Assembly (NCBI RefSeq): GCF_030028105.1 | Contig: NC_092380.1 | Span: forward strand, 29,165,144 to 29,229,143 | Source: Mobula birostris | Lineage: Eukaryota | Direction of reading: 5' to 3' | Length of the DNA stretch: 64,000 bases | In this document: in pieces, positions 1-12,810 of the stretch | Position numbering within the stretch: position 1 is the first letter of the stretch | Layout: every line of letters starts with the position of its first letter | Program-made: the position numbers and the translations under genes | The notes under the pieces: model-generated | Database searches by the model: none | What the model was told of the DNA's origin: nothing | The model's input: only the letters and a program-made list of their open reading frames with translations

Positions 1-699
1 TTTCAGCAATCCATTAGACAAAATCTTGGCCTGGAATCCTTTACCTATTTGGTTCTCTAATGCTGCTACCACTTTCAAAGGATTAAGGGCTCTAAATCCT
101 CCTTCCCCTTCCTTCTGATCTTTAATTTTATACAGAACTATAAATTCCTCGAAGTCACCCATTCTCCTCAATTTGTTGTCCCCCATTACATCGGCTCTTT
201 CACTTGATGCACCCCTTTTTTGGCTAACCTTACTTCTAGAGTATTCCACAGCCTCCCACCCTCCTCCTTCAATTTCAACTCCCCCCTCCCCCTTTGCAGC
301 CATAGGCTACAAACTAACCCTTTCCAAACTACTGGGCTGAATAAAGGGGAAGAAAATTAATTAATAAAATATGAAAAATTAAACAAACAGGCCAACCAAA
401 AGTTAAGGGAAACCACCACTGATCTCCTCTCTTCCTCTCTCCCTCCCTCCCCCCCCCGGTCAGCGAACCGCCAAAATCCCCATCCGCCTCCTCCCCTCAG
501 CCCCTCCCGCCTGGCTGCCGTCTTCTTTAAAATTGCGATCTCCAACTCCCGATTGGAGCAGTCCTGAGAAGGAGGCGGGACCCACGACGCTCTGACAGCT
601 GATCGGCACACCTGAAACATGGGAAGCTGGCGGCGAGAGGAAGAGAGAGAACAGAAACGAGAACACGGGCGCCCGTGGGTACGCGGTGCGCGCGCAACA
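1..699 (-). mobile_element. 5' end of a Nimb/I-group LINE (5'UTR plus ORF1 N-terminus, running off the left edge)
   Basis: Minus-strand ATG at 303 opens a stop-free frame to position 1 (MAAKGEGG...GFRALNPLKVVAALENQIGKGFQAKILSNGLLK). This resembles the NPLK...AKIL.NG.L motif of Nimb/I ORF1. A GC-rich leader at 304-699 abuts the satellite. Confidence 0.6.
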
Positions 700-907
700 C
701 CACAGAAGTTACATTTTAGAACAAGTTACTCAAAGCTATACCAGTGTTACCAGAGCAGAACATCTACATTGCCACTTTTCTGAAAAGAGCTATGTGGGAT
801 GTTGTAAACAAAATTATTTTATGTATTTTGTGGGCCTCATGATATATACGTGGATATGCATAGCAGTGTCAGTCAATCTGAAAAATTATATGCACTTGCT
901 TTATAGT

Positions 908-1991
908 CAGACATCCCACCCTGCAAAAACTCATTTCAGGGAGGTAGCGCCACCATCCCGCCCCCCCCCCCCGTCGACCTCCAAGGGTGTATGTATACAG
1001 GATATTTGGTTATGAAATAGCACAACAATTTATTTGATCACATATTGAAACTATTTACACACACATATACATATATATATCTTCCTTGTTGAGTATTTTG
1101 TTGGCAGTCTCAATGCTAATAGCTAAATGCTAATGCAAATAGCTTTTCTATTTCTTTTGCAAAATTTCCTTGCACTGTGCTGTGGTTTGTTTGGCAGATT
1201 TGAGCTTCTTGTCCGAAGTCTCAACCTCATAGCTGTCTGTGTCAATGAATTTGTTAATTTTGCAAGACGTCAGACTCCAAATTGTTTTGTGAGACAGCTG
1301 ACTTCTGAATGCTGTCTTAATGTGATGCACCATGCTAAATGTCCTTTCTACATCACAATTAGAATTTGGCACCACCAAAAGCAGCTTCATCAACTGGCAG
1401 AGCTCTTTGAATCTCAACTGCCCTGTGCTCACAGATTTTACTTTGGACAGCTTCCCCCAGAACTCAACTGGCAAACTTTTGTAGCTATGAATGAATGGCA
1501 CCTGTTTAACTCACCTCAACATGTCTTTTACAGTCATTTAACCCACCATGGGCAATAGAAAAATCACTGTTGCAAACAGTGCAGCGAGCAACACTGTCAT
1601 TATTTTTGACCCCTATTAGGCAGGGGTACACCTTAGTGTAGTCTGGGGTGAAGTACATTTTATATTTTCCTTTTTTTGCCATGGCGCTGCAGGACACTAA
1701 ACTGAATTGATGGACAATGAAAGAGAGAGAGAGGTCGACTGTAAAGCCCACCCACAGAGAAAACTGATAGGTCTACTTAGCACAAAGAGAGACCAATCAG
1801 GATGTTCTCTCTGTCACTCTCTCGCTACGTCTGTCACTTGCCCTCTCTGACTCTCTCTCTCTCTCCCTCTCGCTCACTCGCTCTCAAAAAAATTGATTTC
1901 CGGGATATTGTATATAATTTGTGGGCGTCAGGGAGCCGCTATCAATATGCGGGGGAGACCCCTGGAACTTCCAGGAGAGGTGGGATGCCTG
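908..1991 (-). mobile_element. Internally deleted hAT DNA transposon
   Basis: 13-bp TIRs CAGACATCCCACC (908-920) and GGTGGGATGCCTG (1979-1991), one mismatch. Contains a BED-finger-like piece (ARCTVCNSDFSIAHGGLNDCKRH, ~1506-1683) and a hATC dimerisation piece (VPNSNCDVERTFS, 1148-1501). The catalytic core is missing. Confidence 0.85.
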
Positions 1992-2998
1992 CATAGTGAT
2001 TAGACACAGTACAAAGTAATGCTCCAAAGTAAATGGCATTCATTTGTATTTCACTCAAAAATACAATCTCTTAACTTGTAAACTTTTTTCAAATTTTCAG
2101 TATCCATTTTGAGTATGGTGTGTTTTGGAATCTGTAAGTTCCATGTGCAGCCTCGGCCATTGAGGTCACATTCAGTTTCATAACATGGCGCATAAGCTGT
2201 ACTAATGTTACCAGAGCAAAAGGCATACGTTACCACTTTCATGAAGAATGCTAGTGGGAAGTTATTGTAAACCAATTTATCTTATGTATTCCATGGTCCT
2301 GATGACAATGTATGCATTTACATGACAGTGCCAGTTAAGTCTGAAATATTATATGGATAGAAATTATCCATAATACAACATAATACTTCCAGAGGGAAGG
2401 AAAAACCATAATATTTCTATTTTGCTCAAAAGCACAAAGTAGTAACTTGTTGTAAACATTTTTATTATAAGTATCCAAATTGCATAGAGTGTTTTGGAAC
2501 CTGTTATTTCCATGTGCAGAGTAGGCCATAGAAGTTGCATTCAGTTTAATATCAAGTTGCACGTAAGCTACACTAGCGTTACCAGAGTAGAAGACATACA
2601 TTCCTATTTTCCTGAGAAATGCGATGTGGCAAGTTGTTTCCTTCATCCTATGATGTGGACTGTTTGTAACCAGTTATTTCCATCTGCAGTCTAGGCCATA
2701 CATATTACACGTTAGCTATATTAGCATTTCCAGAACAAAACACCTACATTGCAACTTTCCTGAAAAATGCTGTATGGGAAGTTGTTGTAAACAACTTTAT
2801 TTTATGTATTCTATGGTCCTGATGATTATACATGTATGACAGTGTCCATTAAGTCTGAAACATTATATGCACTTGCTGCATAGAAATTTGACACAGTACA
2901 AAGTAATGTGTCCAGACCAAATAGCATACATTTGTACTTGCTCAAAAATACAAACTTCTAACGTAGTGAACATTTTTATTTTGAGTATCCTATGGCGT

Positions 2999-3485
2999 TG
3001 TCAGTACTTCCAGTTGAACTTTGTCTTCTTGTGTGTTTTCCCCCAGACATCAGTCTGTGTTTTTGTATTGCCACATGCTCTTGTTTGTTTTCATGCCCCA
3101 TGTGCTCCTGTCCCCGCTCCTGTTCTACTCCGCCTCTCACCTATTTCTCATTATTACCTGTTTTGTGTCACTTCTGTCTCGTGCTCCACCTATCATCTGC
3201 CTCTCTGTTTATTGTTTATTTTAGTCCTGTGGTTTCACCTGTTTGTTGCCAGATTGTGCCAGTGAGTTTTCCTGAGCCTTTCCAGCATTCGTATCTGAAC
3301 TCTGTCTGTCTGAATATCAACTCTGCCTGTTTCCCGATTCTGGGTTTTGAATTTCTCTTGAATTTTTGATCTCTGCCTGAACTTTGACGCCGAGTTTGTT
3401 GCCCCTCTGGATTTGCTTCTCATTAAATATCACAGTGCGCACAGTACTTGGTCTGTGATTGGGTACCTGCTTCAGCGCCCTCACA
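2999..3485 (+). mobile_element. Solo LTR
   Basis: TGTCA...TCACA termini, perfect 5-bp TSD GGCGT (2994-2998 and 3486-3490), ATTAAA near 3422. The satellite resumes on both sides. Confidence 0.85.
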
Positions 3486-4470
3486 GGCGTGGAGTGTTAA
3501 GGACCCTGTAAGTTCCATGTACAACCTCACCCATTGCAGCTGCATTCAGTTTTACAATATATTGCACAAGCTACACTGGCACTACCAAAGAAAAAGTCAT
3601 ACATTGTTCCTTTCTTGAAAAAAGCTCTGTGGGAAGTTGTCGTAAATAACTTGATTTTGTGTATTCTATGGACCTGATGACTATACATGCATATGCATGA
3701 CAGTGCCAGTTAAGTCTGAAGAGTTATATGCACTTGCATCATAGAAATTGCCTACAGTACAAAGTAATGCTTACAGCAAAAATAACATACATTTCTATTT
3801 TGCTCAAAAATACAAAGTGCTAATTTGTTGTAAGCATGTATCCTCTGGTGTGGATTGATTTGGAACCAGCTATTTTCATCTCAGTCTCGACCACAGAAGT
3901 TACATTCAGTTTCAGAACAAATTGTACATAAGACACACTGCCATTACTAGTGCAAAATGCCTACATTGCCACTCTCCTGTAAAATGCTATGTGGGAAGTT
4001 GTACACAGCTTTATTTTATGTATTCTGTGATCCAGATGATGACATATGCATTTGCATGACAGTGCCAGTTAAGTCTGAAAGTTACATGCACTTGGTTCAT
4101 TGAATGTGCCCACTGTACAATAATGCTTCCAGAGCAAAAAGCATACATTTTTATTTTGCTCAAAAATGCAAAGTAGTAACTTGTGCCAAAAATTTTTATT
4201 TACCATATCCTATGGTGTGGAGTGTTTTGGAACCAGTTATTTACATTTGCAGTCTGGGCCTTACAAGTTGCATTCTGTTTCAGAAGAAATTGCACATAAG
4301 CTATGCTAGCATTACCAAAGCAAAACACCTATATTGCCAATTCCCTGAAAAATGCTATGTGTGAAGTTATTGTAAACAACGTTATTTTATGTATTCTATG
4401 GTCTTGAGGTCTATACGTGCATTTGCCTGACAGTGGCAGTTAAGTCTGAAATATCATATACACTTGCATC

Positions 4471-5745
4471 AAAATGGTGCCAGCGAACAACAATCCCTTG
4501 GACGACATCTTCCAGATAATAAATCTCTCCAATTATTTCATTTTTTCTATGCCTTCTGCTTGTTTGTTTCGTCTTGTTTGTTTTACAAAAGCTGCTGGAG
4601 CCTGTGACATACAGTTTTGGAACCAGATCCAAGTATCAGTGCTATGATGTTTCTGGAGAGGCTGGCTCATGGAGATCAAAGACGGGGGTTTTGAAAAGGA
4701 CCGAGAACACAAACTAACTCATGGAAAAGATCAGAGACGAGGCCTGGGGTCATGAATAACTCCACTTCAAAGCAGCAAAGAAGATTAAAGCGACTCTCCC
4801 CATCCATACTGCCGTTGGTAGAGTCCCTGGGCGCGGTCACGTGGGAGCCCACGCCGCCATTTTGTCAGAGTTGGTATTTAGGGCGCAGCCGGAACGGAGC
4901 GACCGAGTGCGGGAGCGGCGTTGATACCAGAGGGAGGATTCACTGTGACTCAGTCGGCAGCCGCCAGTCCGCTTTGTGCCCTCCTCCTGTATCAGGTTGT
5001 GCTTAGGCCTCCCTAAGCCTGCTGCGAAAGCTGCTGACAAGATGTCCACTCCTGAATCTCCTGAGTACTCTCCCTTCTTCGGCGTGATCGGCGCCTCGGC
5101 CGCCATGGTGTTCAGTGCCCCAGTGCCCCCCAAAAAAGATTGAAGCATCGAGGTGAATGCAGAGGGGTCAGTGATGGCTCCCAACGGAGACGGGCAGTAG
5201 CGTTAGGACCCTGGTTGCTGATCACTCTTTAGGTCTGAGTTTGTGCAGCTGCTCACCTCATAAGCAGATGAAAAGATGTTTCCCATATTCTGAGATTTAT
5301 GTGATTATTGGACAGTACTTTCTTTATATTGGTTTTCTTCAGTTTTTCGGTGTTTTCTTTCTTGTGGGTGATCTGTTGATTTTTTGTGTGCAAGAGGGAT
5401 TTGATGCTACTGTCACTGTTCTTTTTTGTGTGAGGGGGATGGAGATTTTTATTGTTGCTGATCTTTCCTACAAGTGAGAAGGTCAGGGATTGTTATTGGC
5501 GCTGTTCTTTTCTGCGAGTGAGGGGGTCACTGATTGTGGCTGTTTTTTGCTGCGGTGAAGGGGGTAATTTTGGGGTCTGCGAGTTCTGCTTCTTTTCCTT
5601 TTCATACCAGGAGGGGAGAGTAGTTGATGTCTTTTCTTTCATCGACACCCATGATCTTCCTGTTTGCCTATTTGGTGCAGGCAAATATCAGAGTTGCATA
5701 GAATATGCATACTTTGTGAATAAATGAACACTTGAAACTTTGAAC
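4471..5745 (+). mobile_element. Non-autonomous LINE-dependent retroelement carrying a captured host fragment
   Basis: Interrupts the satellite. Starts with a YY1-like AAAATGGTGCC head and ends AATAAATGAACACTTGAAACTTTGAAC, a tail type also seen on Rex-like elements in this window. Confidence 0.6.
4836..5120 (+). pseudogene. ATP6V0C: Fragment of the V-type ATPase 16-kDa proteolipid subunit c gene (proximal promoter/5'UTR plus first 26 codons)
   Basis: 5042-5119 translates [26 protein letters not shown], matching the vertebrate V-ATPase c-subunit N-terminus. Upstream are GTCACGTG (4836-4843) and GCCGCCATTTTG (4853-4864). The frame leaves homology after codon 26 and stops at 5141-5143. Confidence 0.8.
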
Positions 5746-6869
5746 ATTTAGAAATTGCATACAGTGCAAAGTAATGCTACTACAGGAAGTAACATACATT
5801 TCTATTTTGCTCAAAAATACAAAGTAGTAACCTGTTGTAAACATTTTTATTCAGAGTATCCTATGGCAGGGATTGATTTGGAACCAGTTATTTCCAGCTG
5901 CAGTCTAAGCTACAGAAGTTAAATTCAGTTTCAGAACAAATTGCACATAAGCTATTCTAGCATTGCCAGAGCAAAATGCCTACATTGCCACTTTCCTGAA
6001 AAAATGTTATGTGGGAAGTTGTTGTAAACAAATTTATTTGATGTATTCTATAGTCCTGGTGACTATACATGTATGTGCATGACAGGACCAGTTACGTCTG
6101 AAAAGTTGGGTGCACTTGCTTCATAGAATTTGCACACAGTATATTAATGCTTCCAGAGGAAAGAGCATACATTTCTATTTTGCTCAAAAATACGAAGTGG
6201 CAACTTGTTCTAAACATTTTTATTTACTGTATCCTATGTCATGGAATATTTTGGAACCAATTATTTCCATCTATAACCTTGGTCTTATGAGTTACATTTA
6301 GTTTCAGAAGAAACACGTACATTGCCAATTTCCCAAAAATGCTACGTGGGAGGTTATTGTAAACGACTTTCATGCATTCCATGGTTCTGATTACTATACA
6401 CGTATTTGCATGATGGTGCCAGTTAAGCCTGAAATCTTATGTCCACTTGCGTCTCGGAAATTACACACAATACAATGTAATGCTTCCGGAGGGGGGAAAA
6501 GCGTGCATTTCTATTTTGCTCAAAAACACAGAGTGGTATCTTGTTGCAAACAGTTTTTTGGGAATCCTATGGTGTGGAGTGTATTGCAACCAGTTATTTC
6601 CATGTGCAGTCTAAGCCATAGAAGTTACAATTAGTTTTATAACAAATTGCACATCAGTCATGCCTGCCTTACCAGAGCAAAATAGATCCATCGCCAATTT
6701 CCTGAGGAATGCTATGTGACAAATTGTTTTCCGCATCCTTTGGCATAGAGTGTTTTGGAACCAGTTATTTCCATGTGCAGTCTGTACCCACAGGTCTTTC
6801 AGCTTTTTGAGCACCTCTCCCTTGTAATAGTAACTGCACTCACTTCTCTTCCCTTGCACCCTTCAGCAT

Positions 6870-7115
6870 CTAGCTAGTGTCTTCCACAGTGAAGACTGAT
6901 GAAAAATACTTAATTAGTTCATCTGCCATCTCTTTGTTCCCCGTTATTATTTCTCCGGTCTCATTTTCTAGCGGTCCTATATCCACTCTCATATTTACAT
7001 ATTTGAAAAAGCTTTTACTGTTCACTTTGATATTGTTTGCTAGCTTGCTTTCATATTTCATCTTTTCCTAATAATTCTTCTATTTGCTACCTGTAGGGTT
7101 TTAAAAGCTTCCCAA
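6870..7115 (-). mobile_element. CR1 LINE ORF2 fragment
   Basis: Translates LANNIKVNSKSFFKYV...IGPLENETGEIITGNKEMADELIKYFSSVFTVED. Confidence 0.8.
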
Positions 7116-7339
7116 TCCTGGATGGGACTTGCATGTACTGATTAAAGAACTTGCCTGAACACATTTGACAAGCTCTTTCCAATCCAGCCCTTTTTCAGTA
7201 TGGAGTCCAGTAGATGAGCTCTCCAGCCTGCCCTGTCTGAGCACTGCCACGATATTTTCCCTGACTAGTAATGTCAATGAAAGGAGATATAAGTAGGGTG
7301 GCCATTGTTGGAGTGGGGCATTGTTAGAGTAGTTCATCT

Positions 7340-10300
7340 TTGGCTCAACAGGCTTAGGTAAGAACAGGCTTGGGAAAGCATGGGCGGAGTTCTAAGTACA
7401 AAAGAAAATTTATGGTAAGTTGTTTTTTTTTCTGTAGCTAGTACGCTAAGAATAGAACTGGAAGTAGTGGTATGTTTCTTGTGTGAAATTTGGGAAAAAC
7501 TCCAACCTCCCTGATAAATACATCTGCATGAAGTGCATCAAACTGCAGCTCCTTAGAGATCATGTTAAGGAACAGGAGCTGCAGCTTGATGACCTTTGGC
7601 TCATAAGGGAGAAGGAGGAGGTAATAGATAGGAGCTGCAGGGAGATAGTTGCCCCTAAGCAGGAGGCAGGTACCTGGGTGACTGCCAGTAGGGAAAGGGA
7701 ATTGGCAGCCAGTGTAGAGTACCCTGCACCCTTTCAATTCAATAATATGTATACTTCTTTGATTACTGTTTGGTGGGGGGGGGGAAATGATACCCTACCC
7801 CCAGGGGAACCCCAGCGACCAGGTCTCTGGCACTCGGTCTGTCTCTTTAGCTCAGATGGAATGGATGAGTAGTGATAGGGGTTTCCATAATTAGAGGAGG
7901 AGAAAGCGGATCTGTAGATGTGAAAGAGACACCTGGATGACATGTTGTCTCCCAGGTGCCAGGGTCAGGGATGTCCTGGATCCGGTTCATGGCTTTCTAA
8001 AGGGTGAACAGCCAGAATTTATTGGGACATTTTTGTACCAATGACATAGGTAGAGAAAGGGAGGAGGTCCTGAAGAGAGAATATAGGGAGTTAGGCAATA
8101 AGCTGAAAAGCATGGCCTCCAGGGTAGTAACCTCTGTATTGCTGCCTGTGCCATAAGCAGTGAAGGTAAGAAAACTATGATTTGGCAGATTAATGCGTGG
8201 CTGAAGAATTGGTACAGGGGGCAGTGTTTCAGATTTCTGGATCTTTGGGATCTCTTCAGACCTGTATAAAAAAAGTACAGGTTACATCTGAACTCAAAGG
8301 GATCTATATTCTTGCAAGTTGGTTTGCTAGCGCAGTTGGGGAGGGTTTAAACTAATCTTACAGGAGGATGGGAACCGGAGTGAGAAGGCTGAGGATGGGG
8401 CAGTTGATATACGAGTAGATGCAGTGTGTAGTGAGCCTGTGAGGAAGAACAAGCAGATGATAGGGCAAAATTGCAGTCAGTGGGTGAGTTGACATATAAC
8501 AGTGGGCCGAAAACTAAAAGAGTGATGAATATAGGACTTATATACTTATGAAGGTTTTATATTTGCATACTGTAATCAGAATAAGGTAGATGATTTTGAA
8601 GCACAGCTACACATTGGAAACTATGATTTTGTGGCACGTCCAGTGGTGGCTGAAAGAAGATCATAGTTGGGAGCTTAAAATCAACGGTACACATTGTATC
8701 GAAAAGATAGCAGGTAGGCAGGTAGGCATGGCTCTGTTGGTAAAAAATGAAATCAAATGTTTAGAAAGGATTGAAAGAAGTAGAATCATTGTGGGTAGAG
8801 TTTGGAAACTGTAAGGGTAAAAATGCCCCGATGGGAGTTATAGACAGACCTCTGAACAGTAGCCAAGATGTGAGCTACAAATTACAATGGGAGATAGTAA
8901 AGGCATTTAAAATGGGCAATGATGCAATAATCATGGGAGATTTCAATATGCAGGTAGATTGGGAAAATCCTTTTAGTGCTAGATCCCAAGAGAGGAATTT
9001 GTAGAATGCCTGTGAGATGGCTTCCTAGAGCCATTATGGTTGAGCCCACTAGGGGATGGGGATTTTGGACTGGGTGTTATGTAATGACCCAGATTTGATT
9101 AGGAAGCTTAAGATAAAGCAACCTTAGGAGACAGTGATCAAAATATGATAGACTTCACCCTGCAGTTTGACAGGAGAAGAAGAAGCTAAAATCGGATGTA
9201 TCAGTATTACAGTGGAGTAAAGGGATTACAGAGGAGCTGGCCAAAGTTGATTGGAAGGCGACACAAGAAGGGATAAAGGCAGAACAGCAATGGCTGGAAT
9301 TTCTGGGGAAAATTTGGAAGGTGCAGGAAAGATACATCCCAAAAATGAAGAAGTATTCTAAAGTGAGTGTGAGGCAACTGTTGCTGGCAAGGGAAGTCAA
9401 ACACAGCATAAAAGCTAAAGGGAGGGCATGTAATATGCAAAAATTAGTGGGAAACAGCAGATTGGGAAGCTTTTAAAAGCAAACAGCGGGCAACTAAAAA
9501 GCCATAAAGGGAGAAAAGATGAAATATGAAGCTAGCCAATAATAAAAAAGAGGATACAATAAGTTTTTTTTTCAGATCTATAAGGAGTAAAAGAATGATG
9601 AAAGTGGATATCAAACCACTGGAAAATGATGCTGGAGAGGTAGTAATGGGGGACAAAAATTGGTGGAGGAACTTAGTAAGTATTCTGCATCCATTTTCAC
9701 TGTGGAAAACACTAGCAGTCTTCTAGAAATGTGAGAGTGTCAGGGGGTTGAAGTGAGTGTTATTGCTATTTCTAAGGAGAAAGTGCCTGGGAAACTGAAG
9801 AGTCTGAAGGTAGATAATTCACTCAAGAGAGGTTCTGAAAGAGGCAGCTGAAGAGATTGTGGAGGCATTAGTAATGATCTTTAAAGAATCACTAAATTCT
9901 GGCATGGTTCAGGAGTGCTATAAAAATGCAAAAGCCACTCCACTTTTCAAGAAGTGAGGGAGGCAGAAGAAAGGAAATTATAGGCCAGTTAGTCTGACCT
10001 CAGTGGTTGGGAAGATGTTGGAGTTGATTGTTAAGGATGAAGTTTGGGGTACTTGGAGGCACATGATTAAATAGGCCGTAGTCAGCATGGTTTCCTTAAG
10101 GAAGATCTCACCTCACAAATCTGGTGGAATTCTGTGAGGAGGTAACAAGCAGGGTAGACAAAGGAGAATCAGTGAATGTTGTGTACTTGGATTTTTAGAA
10201 GGCCTTTGACGAGGTGTTGCACATGAGGCTGCTTAACAAGATAGTGGTCATGGTATTACAGGAAATATACCAGCATGGATAGAGTACTGACTGAATGGCA

Positions 10301-11330
10301 GGAGGTGAAGTATGGGAATAAAGGGAGCCTTTTCTATTTGGCTGCTGGTGACTAGTTGTGCTCCACAGGGGTCTGTGTTGGGACCACTTCTTTTTTTATT
10401 TTTATGTTTTATGTCTGGGTGACAGAATTGATGGTTTTGTGGCCAAGTTTGCGGGCTATACAACAATAGGTGGAGGAGTAGATAATATTGAGGAAGCAGG
10501 AAGGCTGCAGAAGGACTTATCCAAATTGGGAGAATGGGCAAAGAAGGGGCAGAATGAACCTAGTGTAAGGAACTGTATGGTAGAAGGAATAAAAGTCAAG
10601 ACTATTTTTTGAAATGGGGAGAAAATTAAAAAATCAGAAGTGCAAAGGGACTTGAGAGTCCTTCTGCAGGACTCAGTAAAGGTTACCTTGCAGTTTGCGT
10701 TGGTGGTGTGGAAGGCAAACACAATGTTAGCATTTCTTTTGAGAGGATTGGAATGTAAAAACAAGGACCTAAATGCTGAGGCTTTATAAAACACTGGTGA
10801 GGCCACACGTGGAGTATTGTGAGCAGTTTTAGGCCCCTTATCTAAGGAAGAATGTGCTGGCATTGGAGACGTTGAAAGGAGGTTCACAAAATTTATTCTG
10901 GGGATGAAAGAGCTATCTTTTGAGCAGTGACAGAAGACTCTGGGTCTGTACTTACGGGAATTTAGAAGGAGGAGGGAAGTCTCATTGAAACCTATCAAAT
11001 ATTGAAAATCCAAGATAGACAGGATGTGGAGAGGATGTTTCCAATACTGGAAGATTCTAGAACCAGAGGACACAACCTCAGAGTACAAGGATGTCCATGT
11101 AGAACGGAGATGAGGAGGAATGGCTTTAGCCAGAGGTTGGTGAATCTGTGAAATTCATTGTCATAGGTGGTCTTGGCATAGGTTGACAGATTCTTGAAAA
11201 GTCGGGGTGTGAAAGGGTAGGAGAGAAGGCAGGAGAATGGAATTGAGAAGGAAATGGATCAACCATGATCAAATGGTGGAGCAGACTCAATGGCCCAGAT
11301 GGCCTAATTCTGCTCCTAAGTCTGATGGTC
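7340..11330 (+). mobile_element. Near full-length degenerate CR1 LINE (ORF1 with zinc/leucine-zipper and esterase-like domain; ORF2 APE-RT)
   Basis: ORF1 remnants (YICMKCIKLQLLRDHVKEQELQLDDL; CCLPGARVRDV) and ORF2 remnants (IMGDFNM, YRPVSLTSVVGKMLE, PQGSVLGP, AKFA). The 3' end GGCCTAATTCTGCTCCT lies near 11301-11317. Many stops and frameshifts. Confidence 0.9.
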
Positions 11331-11409
11331 ATAAACAATACAGTATTTATATTCCATAAACAGTAAACAATAATTTATAATGAGCTACCAGAGGAGGTGG
11401 TGGGCACAG

Positions 11410-12810
11410 GAACTCACAAGATCTCTCTGTTCAACAACCCTCCCGTTCCCTAGCATTTATTGTGTCCATCTTGTCCTGGTGTGACTTCTCAAATGGAGTC
11501 ATTAATTTATACAGCATGGAAATAGGCTCTCTGCTTCAGCTTATCCCTGCCGACCAAGTTACACACCTGACCTGACTTTGGCCTCTGTCTCAAGCTTTCT
11601 TACTGATGTACCTGGCCAAATGTGTTTCAAATATTGGAAATAAATGCACCTTAACAACATCCTCTGGAAGCTATTCCACATAAGCCATTAGTAGCGTGAA
11701 AGAGTTGTCCCTCAGGTCCCGTAAAAACTTTATCCTTTGCCAATACATTAATGCTCTTTATTTTTGGAATTCCCCACCCTGGGGGAAAGGACAGTGACCA
11801 TCTGCACTATCTCCACCCCTCACGGTTATATAAACCTCTTCAAGGTCTCCCCTTAGTCTCCTGCACCCCAGGTAAAACAGACCCATTCTATCCAGTCTCT
11901 CCATGTAACTCAAACCCTCCAGTCACATCCTTGTCAATCATTCCTACTCCCTTTCCAGATGAAATACATCTTTCCCACGGCTCAGTGACCAAAACTGCAC
12001 ACAGTCCAGCAAGTGCAGTCTCACCAACATCTTGTACAGTTGTAAAATGGCTCCAAGGTATTAAACCCAATGCTCTGTCTGATGAAGGCAAACACACTGA
12101 ATGTCTTCTTCACCACCCTATCTACCTGTATCACCATTCTGTCCCTATTTTACAACACTCAGAGCCCTGCCTGCCATTTGCTATGTAGCCCTGCCCTGAA
12201 TTAAATGACCAAAATTCCTCATCATGCACTTGTCTCAGTTCAATCCCATCTGTCATTTCCTAACCCACAATCCTAATTGGTCTATATCTCATTGTACACT
12301 TGGATAACCTTCTTCACTGTCCAGTAGACCACCCAATTTTGGTGTTATCTACGACGTTATTAATCACATCATTTACATTGTCATCCACACCATCAGTGCC
12401 TGTGACAAACAACAGAGCACAGATTCCTACAGCCCACCACTGGTCACGGGCCTCCAATCCGATAAAGGGAAGTGAGGATGCAAATCATCCACAGATGTTG
12501 GAGAGTAGACATTTCAGAGGGTCGCGGGGACTGGAGGATGTTACACAGTGTGATGCTACAGGGGCATCTATATTTATGTAAGCTCCTCTTGATTTAATAT
12601 CATTTTTCAAATGCACCCCTCATCTACCTGTGTTCCAGAACAGTCCCAGCCTATCCAGTCTCTCCTTATAACACGAGCCCTCCAATCCAGTAATATCCTT
12701 GCAAATGTGCTCTGCACCCTCTCCAGCTGAATCACATTGGTCCTTGTAGTGAGGGGACCAAAACTGCACAATACCCCAAGTGCAATCTTACCAACATCTT
12801 TTACAGTTCA
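11410..12810 (-). mobile_element. Old CR1 3' fragments
   Basis: Reverse-strand CR1 RT C-terminus and 3'UTR words (e.g. CAAAACTGCAC, CCTCCAATCCAGTAATATCCTTG). Confidence 0.6.

Larger units (their letters stand above)
700..6790. repeat. Degenerate ~370-bp tandem satellite interrupted by three insertions
   Basis: The landmark (TG)CTCAAAA recurs near 2051, 2421, 2939, 3800, 4156, 5808, 6180 and 6517, and CAGTGCCAGTTAAGTCTGAA-like words near 864, 2326, 2840, 3701, 4060, 4431, 6085 and 6415. Spacing is ~340-372 bp once the inserts are subtracted, with one 518-bp unit. Confidence 0.9.
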
